Part shown: in pieces, positions 28,250-38,600 of the stretch
How the letters are laid out: each line of letters begins with the position of its first letter
How positions within the stretch are numbered: position 1 is the stretch's first letter
Assembly: GCA_965243025.1 (NCBI GenBank)
Contig: CBDETY010000003.1
Coordinates: forward strand, 4,992,001-5,056,000
Length of the DNA: 64,000 nt
Direction: 5' to 3'
Source of the DNA: Candidatus Latescibacterota bacterium
GTDB taxonomy: Bacteria; Latescibacterota; UBA2968; UBA8231
The notes under the pieces: generated by a model
Databases searched by the model: none
Seen by the model: the letters and a program-made list of their open reading frames with translations, nothing else
Told to the model about the DNA's origin: nothing
Translations under genes and position numbers: made by a program

Positions 28250-28936
28250 TCAATTGAGGCGGAATTTGAACGGGAGACTGACCCAGACCTTGACTGGTTT
28301 GTCGTTCTGGAGGGCAGGTGTAAACTCAGTCTTCATGGCGGCCGCCTTGGCGGCTTCGTGAAAGATTTCGTTGCCGACTACCTGCCCGATCGCCTCGACC
28401 TTTCCGTCTTTACCGATCAGGACGGTAACTGTTACCGAGCCCTCGATACCGGCCTTTCGGGCGATCACGGGATATTCGGGTTCGACCTGCTTCTTGCGCT
28501 TCGGTTTTTTCTCGACCTTCCAAAGGTCGACGATCTCCTCTTCCTCTTCTTCAACCTCTATGGTGGGAAGCTCCTCGAACTCGGGCGGGGGTGGCAAGTC
28601 GTCGAAAAGGTCGAGTTCGGTGGTTTCGATAGTAACGTCGTCAGGAATGTCTTCGCTGTCGGTGGGAATCGGGACGACCGGTCGTGGCGGGGGTGGCGGA
28701 CGCCGCTCCTGGCGGGTTTCCGGAATCTGCTCCAGTTCGATAATGACCGGCGCTTGCGGTTTTTCGTAGGCTTCGACTTCGAAGGACGGAAAGACGATGA
28801 ACAGCAGCGCGTGAGCTGCAGCCGAGGCCGCAACCGAGAGCCAGAAGGCCTTGGGATAGGTCTGCCGGAGATCGGCCTCCGGGGCTTTTCGACGCGGCAT
28901 TTTCCAGGGCCGCTGGGGGATGCCGGGGCTGGTCAT
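28250..28936 (-). CDS. tonB: Energy transducer TonB
   Basis: TM with SxxxH, Pro/Glu-rich linker, YP..A...GIEG.V TonB_C domain; ATGA overlap with exbD. Confidence 0.92.
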   Translation of the reverse strand: MTSPGIPQRPWKMPRRKAPEADLRQTYPKAFWLSVAASAAAHALLFIVFPSFEVEAYEKPQAPVIIELEQIPETRQERRPPPPPRPVVPIPTDSEDIPDDVTIETTELDLFDDLPPPPEFEELPTIEVEEEEEEIVDLWKVEKKPKRKKQVEPEYPVIARKAGIEGSVTVTVLIGKDGKVEAIGQVVGNEIFHEAAKAAAMKTEFTPALQNDKPVKVWVSLPFKFRLN

Positions 28937-29352
28937 GGTTGCGGCTTCCTCTCCCGGTCGGTGGCGAAGTTGACGCGCAGCGCTTCGACCCTGCGCAGCT
29001 CCTGAAGGACATCCGAAATGACACCGAACTCGGCCTCGCCGTCTCCTTTGATGGAAATGATAAGCCGGGGATTCGCCATCAATTTGGAGTGGACGAGCTG
29101 CCCCACATGTTCGAGCAGAACCGTTTGGTCGTCGATATTGACTGAACCCGTCTTGCTTACCCAAACACTTGTTACGTGCCTTCGCATCTCGAGTTTTTCG
29201 ACACTTTGAGCATCAGGCAGTTCGACCGGGATGCCGCGGTAGCGGACGAACACCGTCGAAACCATGAAGAAGACCAGCAACAGAAAAGAGATGTCCGCCA
29301 TGGAAGCAGTCGGGATCACGCTTGCGACCTTGGCTTTGCGGTTGAACTTCAC
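28933..29352 (-). CDS. exbD: Biopolymer transporter ExbD
   Basis: PTASMADISFLLLVFFMV transmembrane motif with conserved Asp. Confidence 0.92.
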   Translation of the reverse strand: MKFNRKAKVASVIPTASMADISFLLLVFFMVSTVFVRYRGIPVELPDAQSVEKLEMRRHVTSVWVSKTGSVNIDDQTVLLEHVGQLVHSKLMANPRLIISIKGDGEAEFGVISDVLQELRRVEALRVNFATDRERKPQP

Positions 29353-29762
29353 TGCTCCGGCTCCGCGATCGAGATGCGGGTGGCACCCGCCAGCTTGAGT
29401 TCGTCGAGGACGTCGACAAACATTCGATACGTGGCACCACGTTCCGCTTTGAGCGAAATGATCAATTTGTCGTTTGCGGCGAGACGGCTCTGAATCTGGC
29501 TTCGGAGGTCACCAAACGAGACCAGGGTCAGGTCTTCGTTCTCGAAGAAAGCGATTTCGTCGCGCTCGTTGATCCAGACGTTGCAGATGTTTTTCTGCTT
29601 GATCTCCTTGCTCTCGCCCAAGGGCGGCAGATGCAGCGACAACCCCTTGTCCTGGTTCATCGTCGTCGTCACAAGAAAGAAGACGATGAGGAGGAAGGCG
29701 ATATCCGCCATCGAGGCGGTAGGTATCTCCGGGGGGACTCTGTGCCCTCGTTTCCAGTTCAT
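29349..29762 (-). CDS. exbD: Biopolymer transporter ExbD
   Basis: PTASMADIAFLLIVFFLV transmembrane motif. Confidence 0.92.
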   Translation of the reverse strand: MNWKRGHRVPPEIPTASMADIAFLLIVFFLVTTTMNQDKGLSLHLPPLGESKEIKQKNICNVWINERDEIAFFENEDLTLVSFGDLRSQIQSRLAANDKLIISLKAERGATYRMFVDVLDELKLAGATRISIAEPEQ

Positions 29763-29810
29763 CCGTGCGGCCCGTCCTTGAGCGGCATCATCGCCGTCTG
29801 TTGAGAGGCG

Positions 29811-30425
29811 TCAGTCCCCCTGGCCGGTATCCGCCAGCAGATCGATGAATCCAGCCGTGTGCTCCTGCATGTCGGCGATGATGCGGTCGATCCTGGAAGC
29901 GAAAAAGTTGTGAAGGAACTGGATGATGATACCGACGATGAGACCGGACGCCGTAGTGATGAGCGCCTCCGAAATTCCGCCGGCGACCATCGACGGTTCG
30001 ACATCACCGGCCCTCTCGATGGCCTGAAACGCGGAGATCATCCCGCTGACGGTTCCGAGGAAGCCGATCATGGGGGCCAGGTTGGCAACCGTGGAGAGCC
30101 AGACCATTCCTCGTTCGAGAAAGGCCATCTCCACCGCCCCGGCATTGTCGATCGCTTTTTCAACGTGATCGATGCCGCGGTGCATGCGCAGCAAGCCGGC
30201 GTGTATGACCGAGGCGACCGGGCCCCGCGTTTCCGAGCAGATCCGCGCCGCCTCGTCGGGCCCCCCGGACCGCAGCGCATCCTCAAGGCTCTGGAAGAAC
30301 GAGTTTGCGTCGATACCTGCCCGGGTCAGGTTGATCATTCTTTCGATGGCGATGGCGATCCCCAGCACCAGAAGCACCACCAGCGGATACATCGCCCACC
30401 CACCATCCAGAAATAGGTCCCACAT
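29811..30425 (-). CDS. exbB: MotA/TolQ/ExbB proton channel
   Basis: APMIGFLGTVSGMI and GISEALITTA.GL motifs. Confidence 0.93.
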   Translation of the reverse strand: MWDLFLDGGWAMYPLVVLLVLGIAIAIERMINLTRAGIDANSFFQSLEDALRSGGPDEAARICSETRGPVASVIHAGLLRMHRGIDHVEKAIDNAGAVEMAFLERGMVWLSTVANLAPMIGFLGTVSGMISAFQAIERAGDVEPSMVAGGISEALITTASGLIVGIIIQFLHNFFASRIDRIIADMQEHTAGFIDLLADTGQGD

Positions 30426-30472
30426 AATCTCTCCTCAGCTTGGGGCCGGCGTCGGCCCCGTTTGGGGGCTGA

Positions 30473-31690
30473 TCAGCCCCCCGTTTGGTCTTCTTCGTCA
30501 CCTCCGAAGAATTCCCGTTTCAGTTTCTCTTCTTCAGTTTCAGGCGGTCGCAGCTGCCAGATGCGCTGTTGGGCGATTTTTTCCCACTCGGGATCCTGTC
30601 GCGACCGTTCGAAGGCGGCAATCGCCGCATCTTCGTCTCCCTGCAATACCAACAGCTCTCCCTGAAGAAGCTGCAGGTGGCCGTGCTTCCCGTTGACCGC
30701 CAGGCCCCGGCGCAGCCAGGTCGAGGCAGCTTTCAGGTCCTTTCCCCTCAGGTGGAGCTCCACCAGTGTAGCCAATGGCCCCAGATCATGCGGTTGGGCC
30801 TCGACCATTCCCTCGAGCCCTTCCAGCTGCTGGGGCAGGTCGCCGGCTTCGGCAGCGACCGCAGCCATGCGGTCGAAGTAGGAGTAACTGCTGAGCGAGT
30901 CGAGGCGCACAAGCTTTCTGAGCGTCTCGTAAGCCCCGGGGCGGTCGCCGCTGCCGGTCTGCAATTCCAGCCTGCGGTTGAGGATTTCCACAGTGGAAGG
31001 CCCCGCCTCCGATGCCGGGGACGACAAGGCGCGCAAACTCCAGGAAAGAGCCTGCTCTGTGTCGCCATTGGCTTCGTGCATCTGGGAGAGCAGGTCGAAG
31101 ATCTGGCGCGCGTCGGCGCCGGTGTCGGAGGCAAGCCCCTCGTAGTGGGATATGGCGGCCTTGTGGTTTCCCTGAATGCGATGGAGGTCGGCGATCTCGC
31201 GCCTGAACTGGCGGTACTTGGAGACAGAGGGCTTGAGGCTGAGAACGGGCTCCAGGAAAACCCAGGCCGAATCGGCGTCTTCTTCCTGGCGCAGGTACAG
31301 TTGCGTCAACAGCACATTGCTGTTGACGTGCAGGGAGTCGAGGGAGACACAGATGAGCAGGTGGCGTTTTGCCGCTTCCGTATCTCCCTTTTTTGCGAGG
31401 AGTTTGCCGCTGAAATAGTGGGCTTTGAGATCGTCGGGCTTGTAGCTGATTACCTGCCCGTAGTACCGCAGCGCCTCGTCGGTCTGTTTCTTTTCGCGGG
31501 CGGTCTTTGCGAGAAAACGGTATTTCCGAAGGCTGTCCGCGGTTGCCGGTTCGTCCGCCTGCGCCCCTGTTACGGGCGCGGACAGTCCCAAGGCGATCAG
31601 GGCGAGAGGGATCGCCCGTGAAACGGACAGGGGAACTTTCGGAAGCCTGCGCGATATTCCTGCGAAAGCTTTGCGTGCCGGCAAATTCAT
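30473..31690 (-). CDS. Exported TPR-repeat protein
   Basis: Signal peptide (AQA cleavage) followed by repeated TPR-like helices. Confidence 0.8.
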   Translation of the reverse strand: MNLPARKAFAGISRRLPKVPLSVSRAIPLALIALGLSAPVTGAQADEPATADSLRKYRFLAKTAREKKQTDEALRYYGQVISYKPDDLKAHYFSGKLLAKKGDTEAAKRHLLICVSLDSLHVNSNVLLTQLYLRQEEDADSAWVFLEPVLSLKPSVSKYRQFRREIADLHRIQGNHKAAISHYEGLASDTGADARQIFDLLSQMHEANGDTEQALSWSLRALSSPASEAGPSTVEILNRRLELQTGSGDRPGAYETLRKLVRLDSLSSYSYFDRMAAVAAEAGDLPQQLEGLEGMVEAQPHDLGPLATLVELHLRGKDLKAASTWLRRGLAVNGKHGHLQLLQGELLVLQGDEDAAIAAFERSRQDPEWEKIAQQRIWQLRPPETEEEKLKREFFGGDEEDQTGG

Positions 31691-31701
31691 TTTGGATGAG
31701 G

Positions 31702-31730
31702 AATATATCGCCGCTCTATGGAGCAGTAAA
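31702..31730 (-). promoter_or_regulatory. Putative sigma70 promoter of the TPR-exbBDD-tonB cluster
   Basis: TTTACT-N17-TATATT ending 11 bp before the ATG at 31690. Confidence 0.5.
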
Positions 31731-31764
31731 CGGGCGAAAGGTTACGATTGAACGACTTCGGTTG

Positions 31765-33687
31765 TCAAATCCGGTATCCCCCTCCAGGCTCGCCGACCAG
31801 GGAGACCGCAGCCCATACCAGGCGCATCAGAAGGTCGCCGAGGATCAACCCCATGAAGAACGGACGCAGGCGGCGGTACTGCGCGGCTCCCCCGTATCGG
31901 ACTACGAGCAATTTTACTGCCCAACCGACCAGCGCCGACCCCCAGATCAGATAACCGATTCCGGTTCCGTAGACGAACCCGGCGGGGTGAAACGGAAGTT
32001 GCGTGAACAGGACGCGCAGGAATGAGAGAACCGCCGTTACGGCGAATCCCACGGCCACCGCGCCCATCCTGATCAGGTCGGGACCGGCCGGGCGCGTTCC
32101 AGCCTCGTAGTACAGGTAGTGGTAGTAGCGTCCGAGGCGTGCGGCCGGCCGGGCACCGCCGTGGCGGTCGAGGGAAAAAATCCCGGGGTCGTACACCAGT
32201 TCCAGCATCGACCAGAAACCGCAGACAAGGCCCGCGAGTATTCCGACCGCCACTGCTGCACCGATCTGGCCGGCGCCGGAACCCAGGGATCCGGCCATTT
32301 TCCAACCTTCGACATGCAGCATCGTCACCGCGGCGATCCCCGAGTAGCTCAGGAGGTTGAGAAACGCAAAAGCGACGTACTCGGAGGGGCTGAAAACACC
32401 GGGCCCGGTCCCCCAGGCGAAGAAGAGAAGGTTGGGCACGAGAAAGTAGACGCTGATTACCGGCAGACCGGCGTCCAGGCGCAGGCGAGCCATTCCGATG
32501 GCCGTCAGCAGCAACAGGAGGACGAAAATCGTCCCCAGTGGCAGCGAGAGGCCGGCCGCCTTCCCCCAGGCAAGAAGGCCGGCGCTTCCTGCCGACAGAC
32601 AGAAAAACCCCCAGCGCTCCCTTCCCCGGCCGCACAGGGCCCGACGCCAGGCATCCGCAAGCGCCTTGCGCGCCGCCCAAAGGCTCAGTACGGCGAGGCA
32701 GAGCAGGCCGCCGCGGGCCTGGGAATGCAGGTGAGGGGTGAAGTTGGGCCATTCCCGCCACTGTCCACCGAGCCCGATGAAAACCCCATGGTCGCCGCTG
32801 CGTCCGATCAGCTCCGCGGCGAGGAGTTGGGCCCGGGTCAGCAGATAAAAAAACCAGGTGCTGAAAGCGACTTCGACCGACAGCAGATAGGCGATCCCGA
32901 CCAGGAACGGGGTAACGGTGAATTCGAAGCGGGAGGTGAACGGAGCAAGGGCGGCCCACGGCTTGTCAGTCAGCACATCCGCCAGGTTGAAGGACAGCGG
33001 GATTTCCGCCGGGAAAAGGTGGTAGTGGTGGAGTCCGTTCAGCCCGTAGATCAGGGCCGGCACCGCGATGCCGGCCCCGAGGGTCTTGCTGCGCAGCAGT
33101 TCCCGACCGTTGAGAGCGAGAGTCACGGGCACTTCTGCCAGTGGGAGCCGCAGCCGTTCCTCCTCGAGCCAGCGCTTGCGCAGAAGGGTCATGCATCCAC
33201 ACATGGCGACCAGGAAGGCGACGGCGAGCGCCGCCCATGCCATCAGCGGCAGCGCCCAGGCTGCCCAGGGAACCTCGGGGCGGCCCTCAAAGAACCCCTC
33301 GACCGCGTCGCTGCCTTCCCTGCCCGGCACCATCCAGTCCGGGATCAGTTTGAGAAAGGGGTAGTAGCCGCCGGAAGGGTCGCTGAACTGAAAAAACCCG
33401 GTGACAAGGCCGGGAAGCAGGTACTGGGTGTACCCGCCGGCCGCCAGGGGCAGGCCGACCGCGGTCATCAGGTAACACCCGAGCAGCTCGCCCTCCTTGA
33501 ACTGGAGCCAGCCGGCCCCGAGGCGGCGCAGGAGAACGAGGAGCAGCAACAGGGCAATCGGCAGGGCCGGCAGCGGTCCATGAGTGAGAGAAGGTCCCCC
33601 GTATACGAGGTCTACTCGCTGAATCGACCAGGATCCGAGGAAGATGGCGGTGACAGCCAGAGCGACGGAACGGGTTGTGACCGGCAT
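31765..33687 (-). CDS. Polytopic membrane protein, DUF6785/DUF6784-like (OPT-related)
   Basis: Many TM segments; W..WALPL..W, ERLRLPLA, PFHPAGF, VVRYGG..YRRLRPFFMGLILG motifs; family name recalled, not searched. Confidence 0.75.
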   Translation of the reverse strand: MPVTTRSVALAVTAIFLGSWSIQRVDLVYGGPSLTHGPLPALPIALLLLLVLLRRLGAGWLQFKEGELLGCYLMTAVGLPLAAGGYTQYLLPGLVTGFFQFSDPSGGYYPFLKLIPDWMVPGREGSDAVEGFFEGRPEVPWAAWALPLMAWAALAVAFLVAMCGCMTLLRKRWLEEERLRLPLAEVPVTLALNGRELLRSKTLGAGIAVPALIYGLNGLHHYHLFPAEIPLSFNLADVLTDKPWAALAPFTSRFEFTVTPFLVGIAYLLSVEVAFSTWFFYLLTRAQLLAAELIGRSGDHGVFIGLGGQWREWPNFTPHLHSQARGGLLCLAVLSLWAARKALADAWRRALCGRGRERWGFFCLSAGSAGLLAWGKAAGLSLPLGTIFVLLLLLTAIGMARLRLDAGLPVISVYFLVPNLLFFAWGTGPGVFSPSEYVAFAFLNLLSYSGIAAVTMLHVEGWKMAGSLGSGAGQIGAAVAVGILAGLVCGFWSMLELVYDPGIFSLDRHGGARPAARLGRYYHYLYYEAGTRPAGPDLIRMGAVAVGFAVTAVLSFLRVLFTQLPFHPAGFVYGTGIGYLIWGSALVGWAVKLLVVRYGGAAQYRRLRPFFMGLILGDLLMRLVWAAVSLVGEPGGGYRI

Positions 33688-33695
33688 CCGGTTTT

Positions 33696-35684
33696 TCAGT
33701 ATGGCAGCTGGGCTACGGAACGGACGATCAGGACGATGGCGACGGCGGCCATGCCTATCAGACCGTTGCCGCAGGCGAAGCCGGCCAGCAACACCGGCGC
33801 CCAGCGGCGCCAGCGCTCCCTCCCGAAGCGGCGCTCGAAGTAGTAGCGGCCCAGGCATGCCCCCAGCATTTCCGGGATGAGCAGATGCGGCATCGATTGC
33901 AGGCCGCGGATGAATCCGTATACCAGGGCGAGAGGGAACCCCCACACGCTGGCGGCGATGAGGGCGATCCCGGAGAGGGAGAAGGCCCCTGCGACCCACC
34001 CGGAATGCACGACATCCTGCAGCTCGAGACCTCCTTCGGTGGTAAAGGAGAACCACAGAAACTGCCGCATCGCGAACAGGTGCCAGTACTTCTGGGCAAA
34101 AGGAAAGACGACCGACGGAATCGGCTGCAGTTTCCAGATCAGAGCCCAGAACAGGAAGCCGCACCCCAACGCCACCGGGAGAATCAGCAGCTCCGCCTTG
34201 AGGATGCTGGTGAACCGGGTCCCGGTCAGTTCCACCTCGCGGAACAGCTGGGCCCGCCGTCCGTGATCGCTGTAGGGGATTGGCGCGAACCAGATGTCGA
34301 CCCCTCGATAGCCGCTGAGCAGAAAGGCTCCCTCGCGCACGAGGGGAATCCCGGCGGTCTGTCCTGTAAGCCCGATCATGCGGGCGTTGACGTAGGAAAT
34401 CAGGGGGGTCAGCAGGAAGGCGAAGGCGAGCAGGAAAAGCAGGGGAAAGCTGTCATCGGCAAGCAGTTGCCGGCACAACAGGACGTACCCGGCGGCTGCA
34501 AGCACGTAAGCGACCGCCGCCGCCCACAGGGGAAAGTCCCCCCTTCCCCGAGGCGGCTGCGCGCCCTTTCCAGTTCCTTTGCCCTTGCGCCCGAACGAGG
34601 TCGCTGCCTGGGCGATTCCCGCTGCCGCCACCGCGGCCCCGGTGCCGATATACACGCTCAGCCAGACGTCGAGATCGTTGGAGAAATGCGTCGCGATTGC
34701 ATCCATCCCGGGCTGCCAGCGTTCCAGCAGACCCGCCTGGTACAGGATCGGGTTGGCGGCCGTCTGAAAGGCCGCCGCGGCGAACGACCCGGCGACAACC
34801 CAGAAGGGGAGGACGAATCCCGCGAGGACAAGCCCGAGGTCGGTGCCGATTCCGAGGGTGGCCGCGGGGAGCTGGTTCTCGAAGTCCCGGGTGAAATCGA
34901 TCCACGGTATGGGCAGCAGCTCGAGTGGACGCGCGGCGACGAGACCGGAAAGGGCCGGCAGCCCGATGAAGACCGTTCCGAACAGCAGCCCGATTCCCAT
35001 GCCGATACAGAACAGGCGCCAGCGCCAGCTCGCGTGCGGCTGATCGCTTTCGGCCAGGGCGGTGGCCCCCTGCGCCGCCACCGCCGCCAGCGGGAACGGC
35101 ATGCGCTCGGCGTCCGAGGTGACGCGAAAAAGCAGGTAGCCGAGACCGAACCACTCGGCGCGGGCAAGCACCTGCCCGCCGACCAGGAGTGCCGCGGGGA
35201 GGAGCCAGTCCCGGTGCAGGAAGTCCCGTTCGACAATGGCGGGAGAATCGGCGGGAGGGGAGACCCAGGCGGGGATCTGCCCGGCGATGCCGAGCGCCTG
35301 CCCGACCTGGGACTGGACGAGGTACTGATGCCAGATCAGGCTGGCGAAAGGTCCCCCGGCGAGCATGACGCCGCCGATGACGTGCGTCAGTCCCCCGGCG
35401 ATGTAGTACAGGACGTAGATCTCCTGCCGGCCGAGCGGGGCGAAGGAGCGCCGCGCCACCTCTGCAAACAGGATGATCGTCACCCACTCGGCAGCCGGCC
35501 CCAGGCTGGAACCGGCGATCAGGCCCATGTAGATGGCCCCGGGCATCATCAGGAAGCCAATGAAGAATGCCCCCAGGATCGTACGCCCCGTGAAGCCGTC
35601 TGCGAACTCCCGGGGAGTTGCAAGCAGATCGCGGTACCCCGCCCGAACCTGTCCGCTGTTGCCTCCGGGGGTAGCGGGTTTCAT
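33696..35684 (-). CDS. OPT/YSL-like polytopic 'peptide transporter'
   Basis: N-terminal GFTGRTILGA, AERMPFPLA (OPT-like E.L.FP), many TM segments; ATGA overlap with the upstream gene. Confidence 0.75.
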   Translation of the reverse strand: MKPATPGGNSGQVRAGYRDLLATPREFADGFTGRTILGAFFIGFLMMPGAIYMGLIAGSSLGPAAEWVTIILFAEVARRSFAPLGRQEIYVLYYIAGGLTHVIGGVMLAGGPFASLIWHQYLVQSQVGQALGIAGQIPAWVSPPADSPAIVERDFLHRDWLLPAALLVGGQVLARAEWFGLGYLLFRVTSDAERMPFPLAAVAAQGATALAESDQPHASWRWRLFCIGMGIGLLFGTVFIGLPALSGLVAARPLELLPIPWIDFTRDFENQLPAATLGIGTDLGLVLAGFVLPFWVVAGSFAAAAFQTAANPILYQAGLLERWQPGMDAIATHFSNDLDVWLSVYIGTGAAVAAAGIAQAATSFGRKGKGTGKGAQPPRGRGDFPLWAAAVAYVLAAAGYVLLCRQLLADDSFPLLFLLAFAFLLTPLISYVNARMIGLTGQTAGIPLVREGAFLLSGYRGVDIWFAPIPYSDHGRRAQLFREVELTGTRFTSILKAELLILPVALGCGFLFWALIWKLQPIPSVVFPFAQKYWHLFAMRQFLWFSFTTEGGLELQDVVHSGWVAGAFSLSGIALIAASVWGFPLALVYGFIRGLQSMPHLLIPEMLGACLGRYYFERRFGRERWRRWAPVLLAGFACGNGLIGMAAVAIVLIVRSVAQLPY

Positions 35685-38600
35685 GTCGCAGGCTCGAGGT
35701 AGGCGCCCCGATGCTCGGCCGGGAGGTTGCGCCAGACGAGAAACTGCTTGCGAATCGAGTCGACGAATATCCGGTTTGCCCGCCACCAGGTGGCCTCGTT
35801 CCCCGAGAGCCGCTCGATGGTCGTTTCAAGGGTGAAAAACCGATGGTCGACATCGGGCGCCAGAACCAGCCTGACCGTTTGCGAAACCCCCTGGTCGAAG
35901 GGTGCCAGCCAGACCCGGGCATCGATTTCTCCCGCCGATTTCTCCGCGACGTCTTCGGCGTAGAACAGGGCTCCCGTCGATTGATCGTCGAACGCCCCGA
36001 GGTATTCGCGCAGGAACCGCGCGAAGCCGTGGGCTTCTTTGCGGTTGAGGGAAAACGGCAGCGACAGCATCAGGAGGTCTCCCCGAGGCCGCGGCAAGGT
36101 CCAGCTGCGCTCGATTCCCGGGGTGCAGATCCGGGAGGCCATGAGCGCCGGGTACGCCGCCGAGGCGAGGACGACGGCCATCACCACCGCCACGGTCGCG
36201 ACTGCCGACAGGGACGAGTAGTTGACGGTCAGGCCTGGAAGCAGGTGGAAGGTGCCGGCCTGGGCGATTGCGAACCCGAGAAGCGATCCCAGCACCGCGC
36301 TCAGCAGACAGAAAGCCCCGGCTTCGGCGAGGAAGAGCCCGGCCACGTGTCCCGGGGCGAGCCCGACGGCATTCAGAGTCCCTATCTCGGGCAGGCGCTC
36401 GTACACGCTTCCGAGCATGGTGTTGAAGGCGATCAGGGCGGCGATCAACAGCGGGATCCAGACACCGCGGCGGCCGCTGAAGACACGTACTCCGACGGTG
36501 TTGATGCGAAAAGTGCCGTCGTCGAGGCGGGCGAAGAGGTTGAGCTCGGAGGTCAGGGCCATTTCGTCGATATCCCTGCGAGCCGCCGCCTGGTTCTCGA
36601 AGAGGACGGCAATCGAGGCGACGCGGGACCACTCCCCCCAGCGGGCCACCGCGTCGCCGGAAAGGAAGAGAACCTGACTGCTGGACAAGTGGACGAAGGC
36701 CGGCTGCAGGCCACCGCGATCGATGCCGACCCGTTGCTCGTCCGGCTGGTGAACCTCGACATCGAGGGGAGTCAACGGGTCGCCGGAGATATCGCGAAGC
36801 TGGTCGTAGCGCTCGGGATCGACAATGCCCACGACCGGGTAGTCGGCGCCGAAGACGCGGACGGTGGCGGTCCCGAGGTTTCCCGCTTGCACGCCGAGGA
36901 GATCCGCCTGGTTCGCGGGCAGCACACAGGCGGTTTCACCTGCTGCCATCCAGCGCCCCGAGAGCAGGGCGTCGTCGATCGGGTTGACCAGGTTTTCGAA
37001 AGCCGATACGCCTGCCACCGCCTCGACGCGGCTGCTGCCGTTGCGGCCCCGCACCTGCACCGGCTTCAGGTACCACCTGCGCGCGGCTACCGTGCCGCTG
37101 GAAAAACGCAGGGCGAGGTGGTCGATCACGGCGGCCTCGATGGCGGCGAACTCCGGCATGCGCAGCATCAGGGCAGGAGGCACCGTACCGCCCGGAAGGT
37201 GGTCGGAGACCGGGGTGCGGTTGAAGCGATGACCTGCCCGCACCGAAGTGAACGAGGCCAGGGTGCAGGTCAGCAGGACGAGTGTGGAGGCAGTGAGGGC
37301 CGTTCTCCAGGGCCGCCGGCGCATCTGCGCGACACCCAGCGCGAATGACCGCCAGAGTATGCCGCCCCTCGCCGAGCCCGCGCGGTGGAGTGCGGACGCA
37401 GGGGAACCGGCCAGCCGCAGTTGCGCGTTGAGGCGGGTTATCCCCAGACCGATGACCGCCAGGCTGAGGGACAGAATGGCGAACCCGAGCAGGATCAGCG
37501 AGGGGTAGAGCGACAGCTCGAAGGAGGGATGCGAAAACCGAAGCACCGCGAAAGCGGCCGCAAAAAGGGCGACCGAGCCGGCGACCTGGCCGCGAATTCC
37601 GCGGCTTGCCAATAGAAGGCGTTCGCCAAGTACGGCAAAGGGAATAAGCAGAAACAGGACGAAGACGACTCCCTGTACCGCCCCGGCGGAAAGGCTCTGC
37701 GTCGCTCCGTAGGCCTGCGAAGCGAGCGCCCAGGCGCGGCGGCTTTCTCCCGTGCAAGCGGTGTTGCGGCCCTCTTCGCAGGCGCTGGCCGCTCTTCCAA
37801 GAGTTTCTTGGGCAGCGTCGTTCAAGTCCGAAAGAAGGGAGCTGGCGATGCCGTGCGATTCCAGTTGCTCCAGTCGCTCGCGGTTGAGCCCGTGGGTGTC
37901 CCGGGCGAGGTGCAAGGCCGTTGCCGGCAAGCGCGAAGCGAACGCGGAATACCCGGAACCGGTTGCCGCATCCGGGCTGCCGTTGAGCAGCAGACCGCGG
38001 CGTCCGAGGCCGAAGCGACCCCCGGAAAGGATCGCCTTGAGGTCCGTTCCGGGTGGGACGAACAGAACCGCAGTGCTCTCGGTGTCCGGTCCGACGAGGT
38101 GGTGGTAACCGTCGCGGGCGACTTGGGAAGCGGTCGGTGGGAGGCAATAGCCGAAGCTCGCCGGCTCCGCCTCCTTTCCGGACTCGAGGATCCGGACGTG
38201 GTCGAGGACCGCCAGCCGGCGCGGGTCTACGAGGTCGAAAAGGGTCACCCCTGCGCAAGGGAAAGTCACCAGGGTGCATTCCTTCTCGAGATCGTCCATG
38301 AGGACCTCGGCGGGGTACTTGCCGGTCCCGAGCGGGCCGCGATCGAGAGCGGAGATTACCCTTCCGGACGCCGGATCCACCTGGTAAGCTTCCAGTCGGG
38401 TGCCCTTGAGGTAGAGCGTCCGGGCCTCGAGACCGGTCAAGGTGAAGCGGCCGTCCTTCCCGGTCATCGCCAGCGGATCCGCGTGCACGCCCATGGTCGT
38501 CTTGCCGAAAGTGCGCGCGCGAACAAGGGCTCCCTCGACCGGTTCGTCAGGCTGATAACTCTGCGGGCCCCACCTCACCACGCGTCCCTCGAGCCGGCCG

